Positions 32,795-42,389 of a stretch of 64,000 bases of DNA are shown here, piece after piece. Within the stretch, counting starts at the first letter, position 1, and each line of letters begins with the position of its first letter. This DNA comes from an uncultured Candidatus Binatia bacterium (lineage in GTDB: Bacteria; Desulfobacterota; Binatia; UBA9968; JAJDTQ01). A program made the translations under genes and the position numbers. The stretch lies in the NCBI GenBank assembly GCA_964291295.2, contig OZ219754.1, positions 2,848,001 through 2,912,000 of the forward strand, given 5' to 3'. Under the pieces are notes generated by a model. That model had not been told where the DNA came from and did no database searches. It was given only the letters and a program-made list of their open reading frames with translations.

Positions 32795-33121
32795 CTACGA
32801 TTCGGAGGGTTTCTCGCCGCCCTTGCGGATGCGTTCCACGTCGCCCGGCGTCTGCCGTTCGTTGATGCCCATGACCTTCAACAACTGGTTGGTCATGTCC
32901 GCGGTGAGGCGATCCCGCACGCTCCCGCGACCGTCCGGATCGGCCTTGAGAAAGCGCATGATCTTCTCGGGGCGGACCCCGGTCTCCTCCAGCCGGTCCA
33001 GCATCTCGCTGAAACCCACCTGACCGCCGCAGGCCTGGACCTGTTGCTCCAGCCGCCGGCACTCCTTGCAGTTGCGGGCCAGGACGCCGGCCCGTTCACC
33101 GCAGTAAGCACAGTTTGCCAT
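32795..33121 (-). CDS. Hypothetical protein with N-terminal CxxC..CxxC zinc ribbon
   Basis: MANCAYCGERAGVLARNCKEC; gene-like composition; operon position. Confidence 0.7.
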   Translation of the reverse strand: MANCAYCGERAGVLARNCKECRRLEQQVQACGGQVGFSEMLDRLEETGVRPEKIMRFLKADPDGRGSVRDRLTADMTNQLLKVMGINERQTPGDVERIRKGGEKPSES

Positions 33122-33173
33122 GTATCCGTTACCTGCCGCCCTGAGGACGTGCCGCCCGCGGGCACGGGATGCG

Positions 33174-34019
33174 TCACTCCGGCGGCCGGGCCAGCAGTTC
33201 CTGGATCCTCGCACTGGCGGTCCCGCTCCCGGCCACCAACTGCCGGAGCACGGGCTCCCGCCGGTTGAACACCGGCTGTTCGCCCTCCCCTGTCATGGTG
33301 CGGCCGCCGGCCTCCTCGACCAGGACGACGCCGGCGCACACGTCCCATTCCCGGACCCGGCGAAAGGTCAGCGTGGCATCGGCGCTTCCCCGGGCCACCA
33401 GAGCCAGGCGCCAAGCGATGCTGCCCTTGGACTCGAGCGCGAACTCCCGGGCCAGGCCGGCCAGACGGCGGCGCGGCTCGGCCCGGCTGACCAGCAGCCT
33501 CGGGCGCCCGTGGCTGTCGGGACGGCACACCTGGAGAGGCGTCCCGTTCAGCCGGGCACCGCCGCCCTTCACCGCGCTGAAAAGCTCCGCCCGAAGCGGG
33601 TGGCAGATGACGCCGAGCACCGGGAGTCCGTCCACCGCAAGCCCGATGGACACGCAGAACTCCGGGATCCCGCGAATGAACTCCCGGGTGCCGTCCAGCG
33701 GATCCACGATCCACACCCGGCGCCGCTCCAGCCGCCCGACATCGTCGGCGTCTTCCTCCGAAAGCCACGCATCTTCCGGAAATTGCGCGGCCAGGATCTC
33801 GCGAATGGCGCGGTTGGCCGCGAGGTCCGCGGTGGTCACCGGGTTGCCGCGGGACTTCTCTCGAACATCGTAGTCGCCGCGGTAGAACTCCGCGACGATC
33901 TCGCCCGCCTTTCTGGCCGCCTTCTCCGCCGTCCGAAGCTCCGCCGCCCAGGCGGCTGGCGGCTCGCCCGAGGGTGGACCGCCGGGGGCTGCCCCAAGCC
34001 CCCGGCCCACGCCGGACAT
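33174..34019 (-). CDS. cysQ: 3'(2'),5'-bisphosphate nucleotidase CysQ / inositol monophosphatase family (start uncertain)
   Basis: VTTAD, SEE, WIVDPLDGTREF, EWDVCAG. Confidence 0.8.
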   Translation of the reverse strand: MSGVGRGLGAAPGGPPSGEPPAAWAAELRTAEKAARKAGEIVAEFYRGDYDVREKSRGNPVTTADLAANRAIREILAAQFPEDAWLSEEDADDVGRLERRRVWIVDPLDGTREFIRGIPEFCVSIGLAVDGLPVLGVICHPLRAELFSAVKGGGARLNGTPLQVCRPDSHGRPRLLVSRAEPRRRLAGLAREFALESKGSIAWRLALVARGSADATLTFRRVREWDVCAGVVLVEEAGGRTMTGEGEQPVFNRREPVLRQLVAGSGTASARIQELLARPPE

Positions 34020-34148
34020 GGACTGTCCGCCGGAACCAGGCTGTCCGCTGGACAGAGGCGGATCCAGGGGTCCATACTGCGGTGCGGCCATTTGCGGTGG
34101 AGCCATTACCTCAAGTATAGCGAACACTCCGACAAGACGCGAAGAGCG

Positions 34149-34895
34149 ATGCCTTCACGACCGATCACCAGACCCAGGGCCGTCTTCCTGGACGCCGCCG
34201 GCACCCTGTTCGAATCCGTCAGACCGGTTGCGGTCACCTATGCGGAGTTGGCCCGGCGGTACGGCAAGAACATCCCCTCCGAAGAGGTTTCAAGACGTTT
34301 CCACCACTGTTTCGCCACCGCCCCTCCCATGGCGTTTCCCGGATCGGACGGCCCGGGCCTGCGGGCACTGGAACGGGCCTGGTGGCACGACGTGGTACGA
34401 CGTGTCTTCGAGCCCGCCGGACCCTTTCCCCGTTTCGAAGACTGCTTCGACGAACTCTTCGCCTACTTCGACCGCACCGACTCGTGGGCGCTCTACGACG
34501 ACACCCGCGCCACGCTGAAGGTCCTGAAGGAGCGTGGTCTCATCCTGGTGATGATCTCGAACTTCGACTCGCGCGTGCTGAAGATCATCCGCGGGCTCGG
34601 CGTGGCCCACTACTTCGACTCGGTCTTCATCTCCAGCAGCGCGGGGTTCGCCAAACCCTCGGCGGGGATATTCCACCTCGCGCTGGAGCGCCACGGCATC
34701 GCCCCGGACCAGGTCATCCACGTGGGCGACAGCCCGGAAACCGATGTCGAAGGTGCGCTGAACGCCGGCATCCTGCCCGTCCTGCTGGACCGGCGGGACG
34801 GCGCCCGCCACGCCCGCGCCGTCCGCATCGGCGGGCTCCGCGAGTTGATGCGTCTGGTCGACTCGTCTAGATTACCGGAAACGGGTTCAAGCTGA
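34149..34895 (+). CDS. HAD-superfamily hydrolase (subfamily IA)
   Basis: FLDAAGTL, ISNFD, AKP, HVGDS..DV.GA. Confidence 0.9.
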   Translation: MPSRPITRPRAVFLDAAGTLFESVRPVAVTYAELARRYGKNIPSEEVSRRFHHCFATAPPMAFPGSDGPGLRALERAWWHDVVRRVFEPAGPFPRFEDCFDELFAYFDRTDSWALYDDTRATLKVLKERGLILVMISNFDSRVLKIIRGLGVAHYFDSVFISSSAGFAKPSAGIFHLALERHGIAPDQVIHVGDSPETDVEGALNAGILPVLLDRRDGARHARAVRIGGLRELMRLVDSSRLPETGSS

Positions 34896-34916
34896 CATTC
34901 GACGGGAGGTCATACC

Positions 34917-35936
34917 ATGGCGGTCATCGACGCGGACGCGCACGTGCTGGAGACCAGGCAGACTTGGGAGTACATGGAGGGTGCCGAAAAGACCTATCGG
35001 CCCCGGATCGTCACGGCCGACGGTGGCGCGGGCGAGTACTGGCTCGTGGACGGCCGACTCTTCGCGAAGTCCGACAACGTCGGCCGCGACACGCCCGAGG
35101 CGTCCCGCGAGATGTCCGACATCGCCGCGCGCCTGCGCCACATGGACGAGATGGGCGTATCCATCCAGGTGCTCTACCCCACCCTCTTCCTGCGCCCGGT
35201 CACCGACAAGCCCGAAGTGGAGATGGCGTTGTGCAAGAGCTACAACCGCTGGCTGTGCGACATCTGGAAGGCCGGTCGGGACCGCCTCCGGTGGGCCGCG
35301 ATCCTGCCGCTGCGCACCATGGACGAGGCCCTGAAGGAGCTGGACTTCGTGCGTCAGCACGGCGCCTGCGGCGTCTACGTCCCCGGCCTCGTCGGCGACC
35401 GGCGCCTCAGCGACCCCTGCTTCACCCCGCTCTACGAGGCCCTGAGCGACGCCGACCTGCCGCTGTGCGTGCATTCGGCCACCGGCAGCTTCACCCAGCA
35501 CGACCTCTTCTTCGACGAACCCGGCTTCAACAAGTTCAAGCTCGCGGTGGTCGGAGCCTTTCATTCGGTGATCTGGGATCGTGTTCCCGAGCGATTTCCG
35601 AGACTGCGCATGGGTTTCGTCGAGGTCAGCGCACAATGGGTCCCCTACGTGTTCCACGACCTCGCCAAGCGCTTCCGGCAGAAGCGCGGCATCGAGCTGT
35701 CCCGCAGTTTTCTCAAGGACAACCGCATCTTCGTGGCCTGCCAGACCGACGACGACCTGGACTACGTGCTGGCATACACCGGCGACGACAACCTCGTCAT
35801 CGGCACCGACTACGGCCACAACGACACATCGAGCGAGATCGAGGCGCTGAAGAAACTGAAGGACGACGGCAAGCTCGCCCCCGCTTCGGTGGCCAGGATC
35901 CTGGACGACAATCCCCGGGCCCTGTACGGTTTCTGA
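34917..35936 (+). CDS. Amidohydrolase_2 family metal-dependent hydrolase/decarboxylase
   Basis: IDADAHV, QVLYPT, SYNRWL, LCVH, GTDYGH; GGGAGG RBS. Confidence 0.88.
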   Translation: MAVIDADAHVLETRQTWEYMEGAEKTYRPRIVTADGGAGEYWLVDGRLFAKSDNVGRDTPEASREMSDIAARLRHMDEMGVSIQVLYPTLFLRPVTDKPEVEMALCKSYNRWLCDIWKAGRDRLRWAAILPLRTMDEALKELDFVRQHGACGVYVPGLVGDRRLSDPCFTPLYEALSDADLPLCVHSATGSFTQHDLFFDEPGFNKFKLAVVGAFHSVIWDRVPERFPRLRMGFVEVSAQWVPYVFHDLAKRFRQKRGIELSRSFLKDNRIFVACQTDDDLDYVLAYTGDDNLVIGTDYGHNDTSSEIEALKKLKDDGKLAPASVARILDDNPRALYGF

Positions 35937-36133
35937 CCCTCCCGCCCGGACAGCCCAACGGTGCTCACGAACAGCGCGGAATTCGCGTGACCCCGGCCGA
36001 TGCCGCGCCGCCGTTCCCGGCATCCACGGGATGCCACCGGCGGTAAACATCCCCAGGCCGTTTGTCTCCAGGCCGCTTCCGCAGCCGCCTGTACCGGGCG
36101 CATCAAAGGACCGCGGCGCGGCTGAAAGGCATC

Positions 36134-38359
36134 ATGATGGCAGATCGTCAATTGAGATACGTCGGCGCCAACATCCCCAGGGTGGACGGCTTCGACAAGG
36201 TTACGGGCCGGGCCAGGTACACCGGAGACCTGGAGGTCTCCGGCATGCTTCACGGCCACGTGCTGCGCAGCCCCCATGCGCACGCCCTCATCGACGACAT
36301 CGACACGGCCGCCGCCGAGCAGCTGCCGGGCGTCGCTGGCGTCCTCACCGGACGGGATGTGGCGGACCTCGACCCCCACTATGCCGGCCGCCCGCTGATC
36401 GCGCTGGAACGCGTCCGTTACGCCGGCGAACCGGTGGCGGTGGTGGCCGCCGAGGACCCCCTGGCCGCCGAACAGGCGGCCGCCGCCGTCCACGTGACCT
36501 ACCGGGAGTTGCCCGCCGCACTGGACATCGCCGCCGCCCTGGCCGCGGACGCGGTGCGGGTTCACGAGGACCGGAGTGACAACATCTGCGGCCACGACCA
36601 GGTGCGGCGCGGCGATGTGGCCGAAGGGTTCGCGCAATCCGAACACATCTTCGAGCACCACTTCACCTTCCCGATGGTCTACCACTACTCGATGGAGCCT
36701 CACGGCGTCATCGCCGACTACCAGCCCGACCGCATCACGCTGTGGTCGTCCGCGCAGCACCCGTTCCTGGTCCAGGCGGACCTGGCGCGCATCTTCGGGT
36801 TTCCGGCCAGCAGGGTGAGCCTGAACGTCCCCTACCTGGGAGGCGGCTTCGGAGGCAAGTCCTACGCCAAGATCGAGCCCCTGGTGGTGGCGGCCTCGCG
36901 CAAGGTGGGACGGCCGGTGCGGGTGTGCCTGTCGGTACCGGAAGCCATGATCACGGTGCGGCGGCACAGCGCCCGGATACGCCTGAAGACCGGCGTCGCG
37001 CGGGACGGCACGATGGTGGCCCGGGAGGCGGAGATCCATCTGGACACCGGCGCCTACATGGACAACGGGCCGCAGGTGGCCGCCCGGGCCGCCACCCGGG
37101 TGCTGGGGCCCTACCGCATCCCCCACATTCACACCGATGCCTACGCGGTCTACACGCACACCGGCGGTGCCGGCTCCTTCCGTTCCATCGGCGGGCCCCA
37201 GTCCATCTTCGCCGGCGAGAGTCAGATGAACATGATCGCCGCACGACTCGGCATGGACCCGGCCGAGTTGCGGCTCAGGAACCTGCTCAGGCGCGGCGAG
37301 GTGCTGCGCCCCGGACTCCGTCCCCTGGACGTGAATCTGACCGCGACCCTCCGGCGGCTGGTCACGGCCAGCCGCTGGAAGAAACGGGCCGGCAGGGCCG
37401 GCGCGCCCGTGGGACTGGCCTGCGGCATGACCAACGCCGGCGGCCAACCCATCACCGTAGCCATGGTGCGGCTTCAGGCCGACGGTGCCGCCGCCATCAT
37501 GGCCGGCAGCACCGAGATGGGACAGGGGGTCCGGACCGTGCTGTCGCAGTTCGTGGGCGAGGAACTGCAATTGCCGCTGGAACGGATTCGCATGGCCGGG
37601 GCGGACACGGCGGTCACGCCCTATGACCGCTCCACCGGCTCCAGTCGCTCCACCACGCTCATGGGGCGGGCCGTGCAGTCGGCGGCCCGGGACGTGAAGC
37701 GTCAGCTCCTGAGGATCGGCGCGGCGGTATTCGGGGTACGGCCCGGCCAGGTCCGCCTGGTGGACGGTGCGCTGGTTTGCGGCGAGGCACGGATGTCCTT
37801 CGCCGAGGCCCTTCAGAAACGCTTCGGTGCCGCCGCCGGCGAACTCATCGGTACCGGCACCGTGGGACCGGAGATCATCAATGACGTGCTGCCGGTGGTC
37901 TGGGAGGTGGGCATGGGTGCGGTGGAACTGACAGTTGACGGCGAGACCGGGGCCATCTCGGTGGCCGACTACCTGTCCGTGGCCGACGTGGGCAAGGCCA
38001 TCAATCCCGTTCAGTGCGAGGGTCAGGAAGAAGGCGCGGCCATGATGGGCATCGGCCACACCTTGTTCGAACAGATGGTCCACGAGGGAGGACAACTCAT
38101 CAACTCCGGCCTCGTGGATTACCGCATCCCGTCGTTCTCGGACATGCCCCGCAGTTTCCACACGGTGCTGGTGGAAAACGGCGACGGTCTCGGCCCCTAC
38201 GGCAGCCGGGGCATGGGCGAAGGCGGCATCTTCTCGGTGGCCCCCGCCATCACCGGCGCCCTGGCCCGTGCCACCGGCGCGGAAATCTGCCACCTGCCGC
38301 TCACGCCGGAGCGAGTGTGGCGCTCACTGCGGGCCGGTGGCGGAGACCGTGGCGGATGA
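36134..38359 (+). CDS. Xanthine dehydrogenase family molybdopterin-binding (large) subunit
   Basis: [46 protein letters not shown]. Confidence 0.92.
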   Translation: MMADRQLRYVGANIPRVDGFDKVTGRARYTGDLEVSGMLHGHVLRSPHAHALIDDIDTAAAEQLPGVAGVLTGRDVADLDPHYAGRPLIALERVRYAGEPVAVVAAEDPLAAEQAAAAVHVTYRELPAALDIAAALAADAVRVHEDRSDNICGHDQVRRGDVAEGFAQSEHIFEHHFTFPMVYHYSMEPHGVIADYQPDRITLWSSAQHPFLVQADLARIFGFPASRVSLNVPYLGGGFGGKSYAKIEPLVVAASRKVGRPVRVCLSVPEAMITVRRHSARIRLKTGVARDGTMVAREAEIHLDTGAYMDNGPQVAARAATRVLGPYRIPHIHTDAYAVYTHTGGAGSFRSIGGPQSIFAGESQMNMIAARLGMDPAELRLRNLLRRGEVLRPGLRPLDVNLTATLRRLVTASRWKKRAGRAGAPVGLACGMTNAGGQPITVAMVRLQADGAAAIMAGSTEMGQGVRTVLSQFVGEELQLPLERIRMAGADTAVTPYDRSTGSSRSTTLMGRAVQSAARDVKRQLLRIGAAVFGVRPGQVRLVDGALVCGEARMSFAEALQKRFGAAAGELIGTGTVGPEIINDVLPVVWEVGMGAVELTVDGETGAISVADYLSVADVGKAINPVQCEGQEEGAAMMGIGHTLFEQMVHEGGQLINSGLVDYRIPSFSDMPRSFHTVLVENGDGLGPYGSRGMGEGGIFSVAPAITGALARATGAEICHLPLTPERVWRSLRAGGGDRGG

Positions 38360-39222
38360 AGATCCGCGATTGCTTCGGTCGGCGGCAGCCGCTGTTCTCC
38401 TTCGAGTTCTTCCCGCCCAGGGACGACCGCGGAGTCGACGCACTGTTCGAAACCGTGGCCAATCTCAAGCCGCTGGGGCCGGCTTTCGTCTCCGTCACAT
38501 ATGGAGCCGGAGGCGGCACCCGGGAAAGGACCGTGGCCATCACCCGGCGGATCAAGCACGAAGCCGGCATCGAGGCCATGGCGCACCTCACTTGCGTCGG
38601 GCACGGCCGGGAGGAGATCGGTCAACTCCTGGATGAATACGATGCCGCAGGCATCGAGAACATCATGGCGCTGCGGGGGGACCCGCCCCGCAGCGCCACG
38701 GAGTTCGTTCCCCATCCCCGGGGGTTCACGCATGCCGATGGACTGATCACGTTCATCCGCCAGCGGAAGGACTTCTGTATCGGCGGCGCGGGCTACCCCG
38801 AGGTACACCCCGAGGCGCCCGGCCCGGAGGCGGACCTGCGCAATCTCAAGCGGAAGATCGATGCCGGTGCCGACTTCGTCGTGACCCAGCTCTTCTTCGA
38901 CGAGCGCGCCTACTTCGATTTCGTCTCACGGGCCCGGGCGGAACAGATCGACACCCCCATCATCCCGGGCGTGATGCCGGTCACCAACATCGCCCAGATC
39001 AGGCGCTTCACCCGGCTGTGCGGCGCCACCCTGCCCGGCGCCCTGCTGGCGAAACTGGATGCGGTGGCCGACGATCCCGGCGCGGTCGTCGAGGTGGGCG
39101 TCGAACACGCCACGCGGCAGTGCCGGGCCTTGCTGGAAGGGGGCGCGCCGGGGATCCACTTCTACACCCTCAACCGTTCCCTCTCCACCCGGAAGATCGT
39201 CGCCAACCTGCGGGGCGAATAG
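38356..39222 (+). CDS. metF: 5,10-methylenetetrahydrofolate reductase
   Basis: FSFEFFPP, SVTYGAGG, AHLTC, ALRGD, TQLFFD, HFYTLN; ATGA overlap with the upstream gene. Confidence 0.95.
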   Translation: MKIRDCFGRRQPLFSFEFFPPRDDRGVDALFETVANLKPLGPAFVSVTYGAGGGTRERTVAITRRIKHEAGIEAMAHLTCVGHGREEIGQLLDEYDAAGIENIMALRGDPPRSATEFVPHPRGFTHADGLITFIRQRKDFCIGGAGYPEVHPEAPGPEADLRNLKRKIDAGADFVVTQLFFDERAYFDFVSRARAEQIDTPIIPGVMPVTNIAQIRRFTRLCGATLPGALLAKLDAVADDPGAVVEVGVEHATRQCRALLEGGAPGIHFYTLNRSLSTRKIVANLRGE

Positions 39223-39281
39223 CAAGGGGGCCGGGAGCGCGATGCCCCCGACCCCCTGATGCGGTTACCCGGGACGGACGT

Positions 39282-40769
39282 CTATCCTTCGATGACGTGG
39301 CGCCACTTGTCGAACACCTTTTTCTTGAGTTCGGGTGTCGACTCGGCCACCGGCGGGAAGTCCTTCATCCATTCGAAAGGCCGGGTGGCGTCGATGATGG
39401 CGCGGGAGTTGAAGCCCTTTTTGCCCGGCTGGATGCGCGGGTCGAGAGGGCCGCTCCAGCAGCGCCGCAGGATGTCGATGGAGTCCACCGGATCGGAACG
39501 GGTGGCCAGCGCCCAGAGCACGTCGAAAGTCCTGGTGGGGTCGATATCGTCGTCCACCACGATGACGTAACGGCCGAGGTAGGCGCCGGCGTGGACCTGC
39601 GAGGCCACCATTCCGGCCTGGCGCGCGTGACCCGGATAGCGTTGCTTGATGGAGATGATGTTAAGCAGGCGGCCGCCGCCGGCTTCGTGGCACCACACGC
39701 CCTTGACGTCCGGCACGCCGGCCTTTTCCACCTGGTCCCAGATGAGGGCGGCTTTCACCATGCACTTGGCGATGGAATAGTCCGACGGCGGCCGTCCGGG
39801 TCGGGCCGCGGTGAGGATCGGATCGTTGCGGTGATAGATCCGCTGCACCCGGATCAACGGCTCCGGGCGGCTGTTGCTGGCATAGTAGCCCGTCCACTCG
39901 CCGAACGGTCCCTCGGTGACGCGTTCCTCGGGGTCCATGTAGCCCTCGATGACGATCTCGGCATGGGCAGGGAACGGCAGCCCGGTCACCTCACCCTGGA
40001 GGACGTCGATGGGAGCACCCTTGAGCCCGCCGGCGTAGTCGTACTCCGACACGCCGTAGTCCACCTCGTTGCCGGACACCATGAACAGCACCGGGTCCTG
40101 GCCCACGCACACGATGACGGGACACTTCTCACCCCGGTCGAACCACTTGTCGCGCTGGATGCGGCCGTGCTTTCCGGGCGAGATGTAGACGTTCATGCTC
40201 TTCTCGTCCTGCACCATGCCGCGGTAGGTGCCGAAGTTCACCCAGCCCTCGTCCGGATCCTTCGTCACCACCAGGCAGCCGGTGCCGATGTAGCGTCCCC
40301 CGTCCAGCTCGTGCACGAAGGGCACCGGAAACTTGAGCAGGTTGACGTCGTCGCCCTTGAGCACGTTCTCCATCACCGGTCCGGTCTCGACCACCCGGTG
40401 CGGAATCGGGCTGTGCCGGGAGATCTTCTCGCGCGTGGCCCGCACCAGATCCAGGTCGGTCAGGTCGATGGGCAGGCCCAGGGCCAGCGCCATGCGCTTG
40501 AACGAGGCGTTCTGGGCGAACAGCACCCGGAATCCCTCGGGATAGTCCTTGATGTTGTCGTAGAGCACCGCGGGGACCGGCCCACTGCTTCCCTGGGCGA
40601 TGAGCTCGGAGAGCGTTCCCATCTCCAGGTTCCAGTCCACTCCGTCGACCTTCTTCAACTGGCCGAAACTCTCCACGATTTCCAGCCACTCCCGCAGGTC
40701 CGTATAACCGGGGGTTCCCCCGGCCCTGACTTCCTTCTCGGTGATCCTGGTTGCCTCAACAGCGGCCAT
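39282..40769 (-). CDS. UbiD family prFMN-dependent (de)carboxylase
   Basis: DLREWL, HELDGGRYIGT, NFGTYR, EGPFGEWTGYY, VDDDIDP, IIDATRP; AGGAAGGAG RBS. Confidence 0.92.
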   Translation of the reverse strand: MAAVEATRITEKEVRAGGTPGYTDLREWLEIVESFGQLKKVDGVDWNLEMGTLSELIAQGSSGPVPAVLYDNIKDYPEGFRVLFAQNASFKRMALALGLPIDLTDLDLVRATREKISRHSPIPHRVVETGPVMENVLKGDDVNLLKFPVPFVHELDGGRYIGTGCLVVTKDPDEGWVNFGTYRGMVQDEKSMNVYISPGKHGRIQRDKWFDRGEKCPVIVCVGQDPVLFMVSGNEVDYGVSEYDYAGGLKGAPIDVLQGEVTGLPFPAHAEIVIEGYMDPEERVTEGPFGEWTGYYASNSRPEPLIRVQRIYHRNDPILTAARPGRPPSDYSIAKCMVKAALIWDQVEKAGVPDVKGVWCHEAGGGRLLNIISIKQRYPGHARQAGMVASQVHAGAYLGRYVIVVDDDIDPTRTFDVLWALATRSDPVDSIDILRRCWSGPLDPRIQPGKKGFNSRAIIDATRPFEWMKDFPPVAESTPELKKKVFDKWRHVIEG

Positions 40770-40916
40770 ACAGTACTGGCTCCTTCCTTGGAAATTCATC
40801 CATCAGCGTCATCCGTCAGCGTCATCCCTCTGCGTTGTCCCTCATCGTCACCCGCCGGCGTCCGCCTTTCGGCATCCGGCGTTTATACCGGGTCGCGGCA
40901 GACATTGCCAGCGCGG

Positions 40917-42110
40917 TCAGTCGCCCATCATGGTGTCGTCCATGCCCTCGGTGTCGTCCGCCGGCAGTCCGTTGCAACTCTCCGGGTCGAGGGTCAGACA
41001 GACCGGGGTGCCCACCGGCACGGCGTCGGCGGGATGGGTGTGCACCCGGATCAGCCGCTCCCGCACCTTCACCTGGCAGTGATACGCATCGCCCATGAAG
41101 ACGGCGTCGTTCAACGTTCCCCGCAACACGTTGTCGCTGGATGCGGGCGGCTGCGAGGTCACCGCGATGTTCTCGGGACGAATCGAGATCACCGCATCCG
41201 CACCCTTCTCCATGGGCACCGCGGGAGCGAACGCGAGCATGCCGAACTCGGTCTCGAGCCGGCCCGGATGGGAATCGGCTCCCGTCTCCACGACCTTCCC
41301 GGTGATGAGATTGGTCAGACCCAGGAAGGTGGCGGTGAACTTGCGCCTGGGTCTGGCGTAGAGCTGGTGAGGGTCGCCCACCTCGATGAGCCTGCCGCCG
41401 TGCATGACCGCGATCTGGTCGGAGATGGCCAGGGCTTCCGCCTGGTCGTGGGTGACGTAGATGGTGGTAATGCGGACCCGCCGCTGGAGCGCCTTGATCT
41501 CGAAACGCATCTGTTCCCGCAGCTTGGCGTCGAGGTTGCTGAGGGGTTCGTCCAACAGCATCACCTTGGGCTCGTTGATGAGCGCCCGGGCGAAAGCCAC
41601 CCGCTGCTGCTGCCCGCCGGAAAGCTTGGGGGCCGGCCGCTCCTCAAGGCCGGCCAGACCCACGATCCTGAGCACCTCCTCCACCCGGCTGCGGATCTCG
41701 GCCTTGGCACGGCGTTGAATGGTGAGCGGATAACCGACGTTCTCCGCCACCGTCATGTGCGGCCAGATGGCATAGGACTGGAACACCATGCCGATGGGTC
41801 GATGGTTGGGCGGCACATGGACCCCGCCGGACGAGTTGAACACCGGCTTGTCGTCGATGTCGATGACACCGCTCTCCGGCCGCTCCAGCCCGGCCACGCA
41901 GCGCAGCGTCGTGGTCTTGCCACAGCCGCTGGGCCCCAGGAACGTATAGAGCGAGCCCTCGGGGATGCTCAACGAAACGCCCTTGAGCACGTGGACCCTT
42001 TCGGACCCTTCCCCGAAGTATTTCTCGAGGTTGCCGATGCCCACCATCACCCTGCCGCCGTTCACCGGGTCGCCGTTCACTCCAGCGTCGTTTACCGTAT
42101 CGTCGTTCAC
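40917..42110 (-). CDS. ABC transporter ATP-binding protein (PotA/FbpC-like, TOBE domain)
   Basis: [37 protein letters not shown]; GGAGG RBS. Confidence 0.92.
   Translation of the reverse strand: MNDDTVNDAGVNGDPVNGGRVMVGIGNLEKYFGEGSERVHVLKGVSLSIPEGSLYTFLGPSGCGKTTTLRCVAGLERPESGVIDIDDKPVFNSSGGVHVPPNHRPIGMVFQSYAIWPHMTVAENVGYPLTIQRRAKAEIRSRVEEVLRIVGLAGLEERPAPKLSGGQQQRVAFARALINEPKVMLLDEPLSNLDAKLREQMRFEIKALQRRVRITTIYVTHDQAEALAISDQIAVMHGGRLIEVGDPHQLYARPRRKFTATFLGLTNLITGKVVETGADSHPGRLETEFGMLAFAPAVPMEKGADAVISIRPENIAVTSQPPASSDNVLRGTLNDAVFMGDAYHCQVKVRERLIRVHTHPADAVPVGTPVCLTLDPESCNGLPADDTEGMDDTMMGD
42051..42110 (-). repeat. 4 x 15 bp degenerate tandem repeat encoding the ATPase N-terminus
   Basis: gtgaacgacgatacg gtaaacgacgctgga gtgaacggcgacccg gtgaacggcggcagg. 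Confidence 0.7.
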
Positions 42111-42389
42111 GGGCAGCCTCCGTTGCGGGCGCTGGCGCTCGGGTCGGTTCGGAACACGCCCACGAGCCCGGCATCCGGATGAGCCACCTATCGCATACCA
42201 AGCGTCGGATTACAACTTGAAACCGGCGACTTGAACCCGGCGCTTCCAGGGTTGATTTCGTGCCTGCTTTTACCTAACAACAACCTGTCGCGCGCGCCCG
42301 GCGGCGCACCTGCGGACGCGGCGCCGGGTGCGGCGTTTTCGCAAGCCGCGGGACCGAAACAGCGCTCATCCGAGGCGAAGGGAGTATCC

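Noticed and set aside
39223-39260. GC hairpin between convergent metF and UbiD as an intrinsic terminator
   Set aside because: Imperfect stem and no U-tract on either strand
39018-42182. 1054-aa plus-strand ORF, and similar long ORFs at 35810-38293, 10691-12916 and 17766-19928
   Set aside because: Antisense shadows of well-supported genes, expected in high-GC DNA
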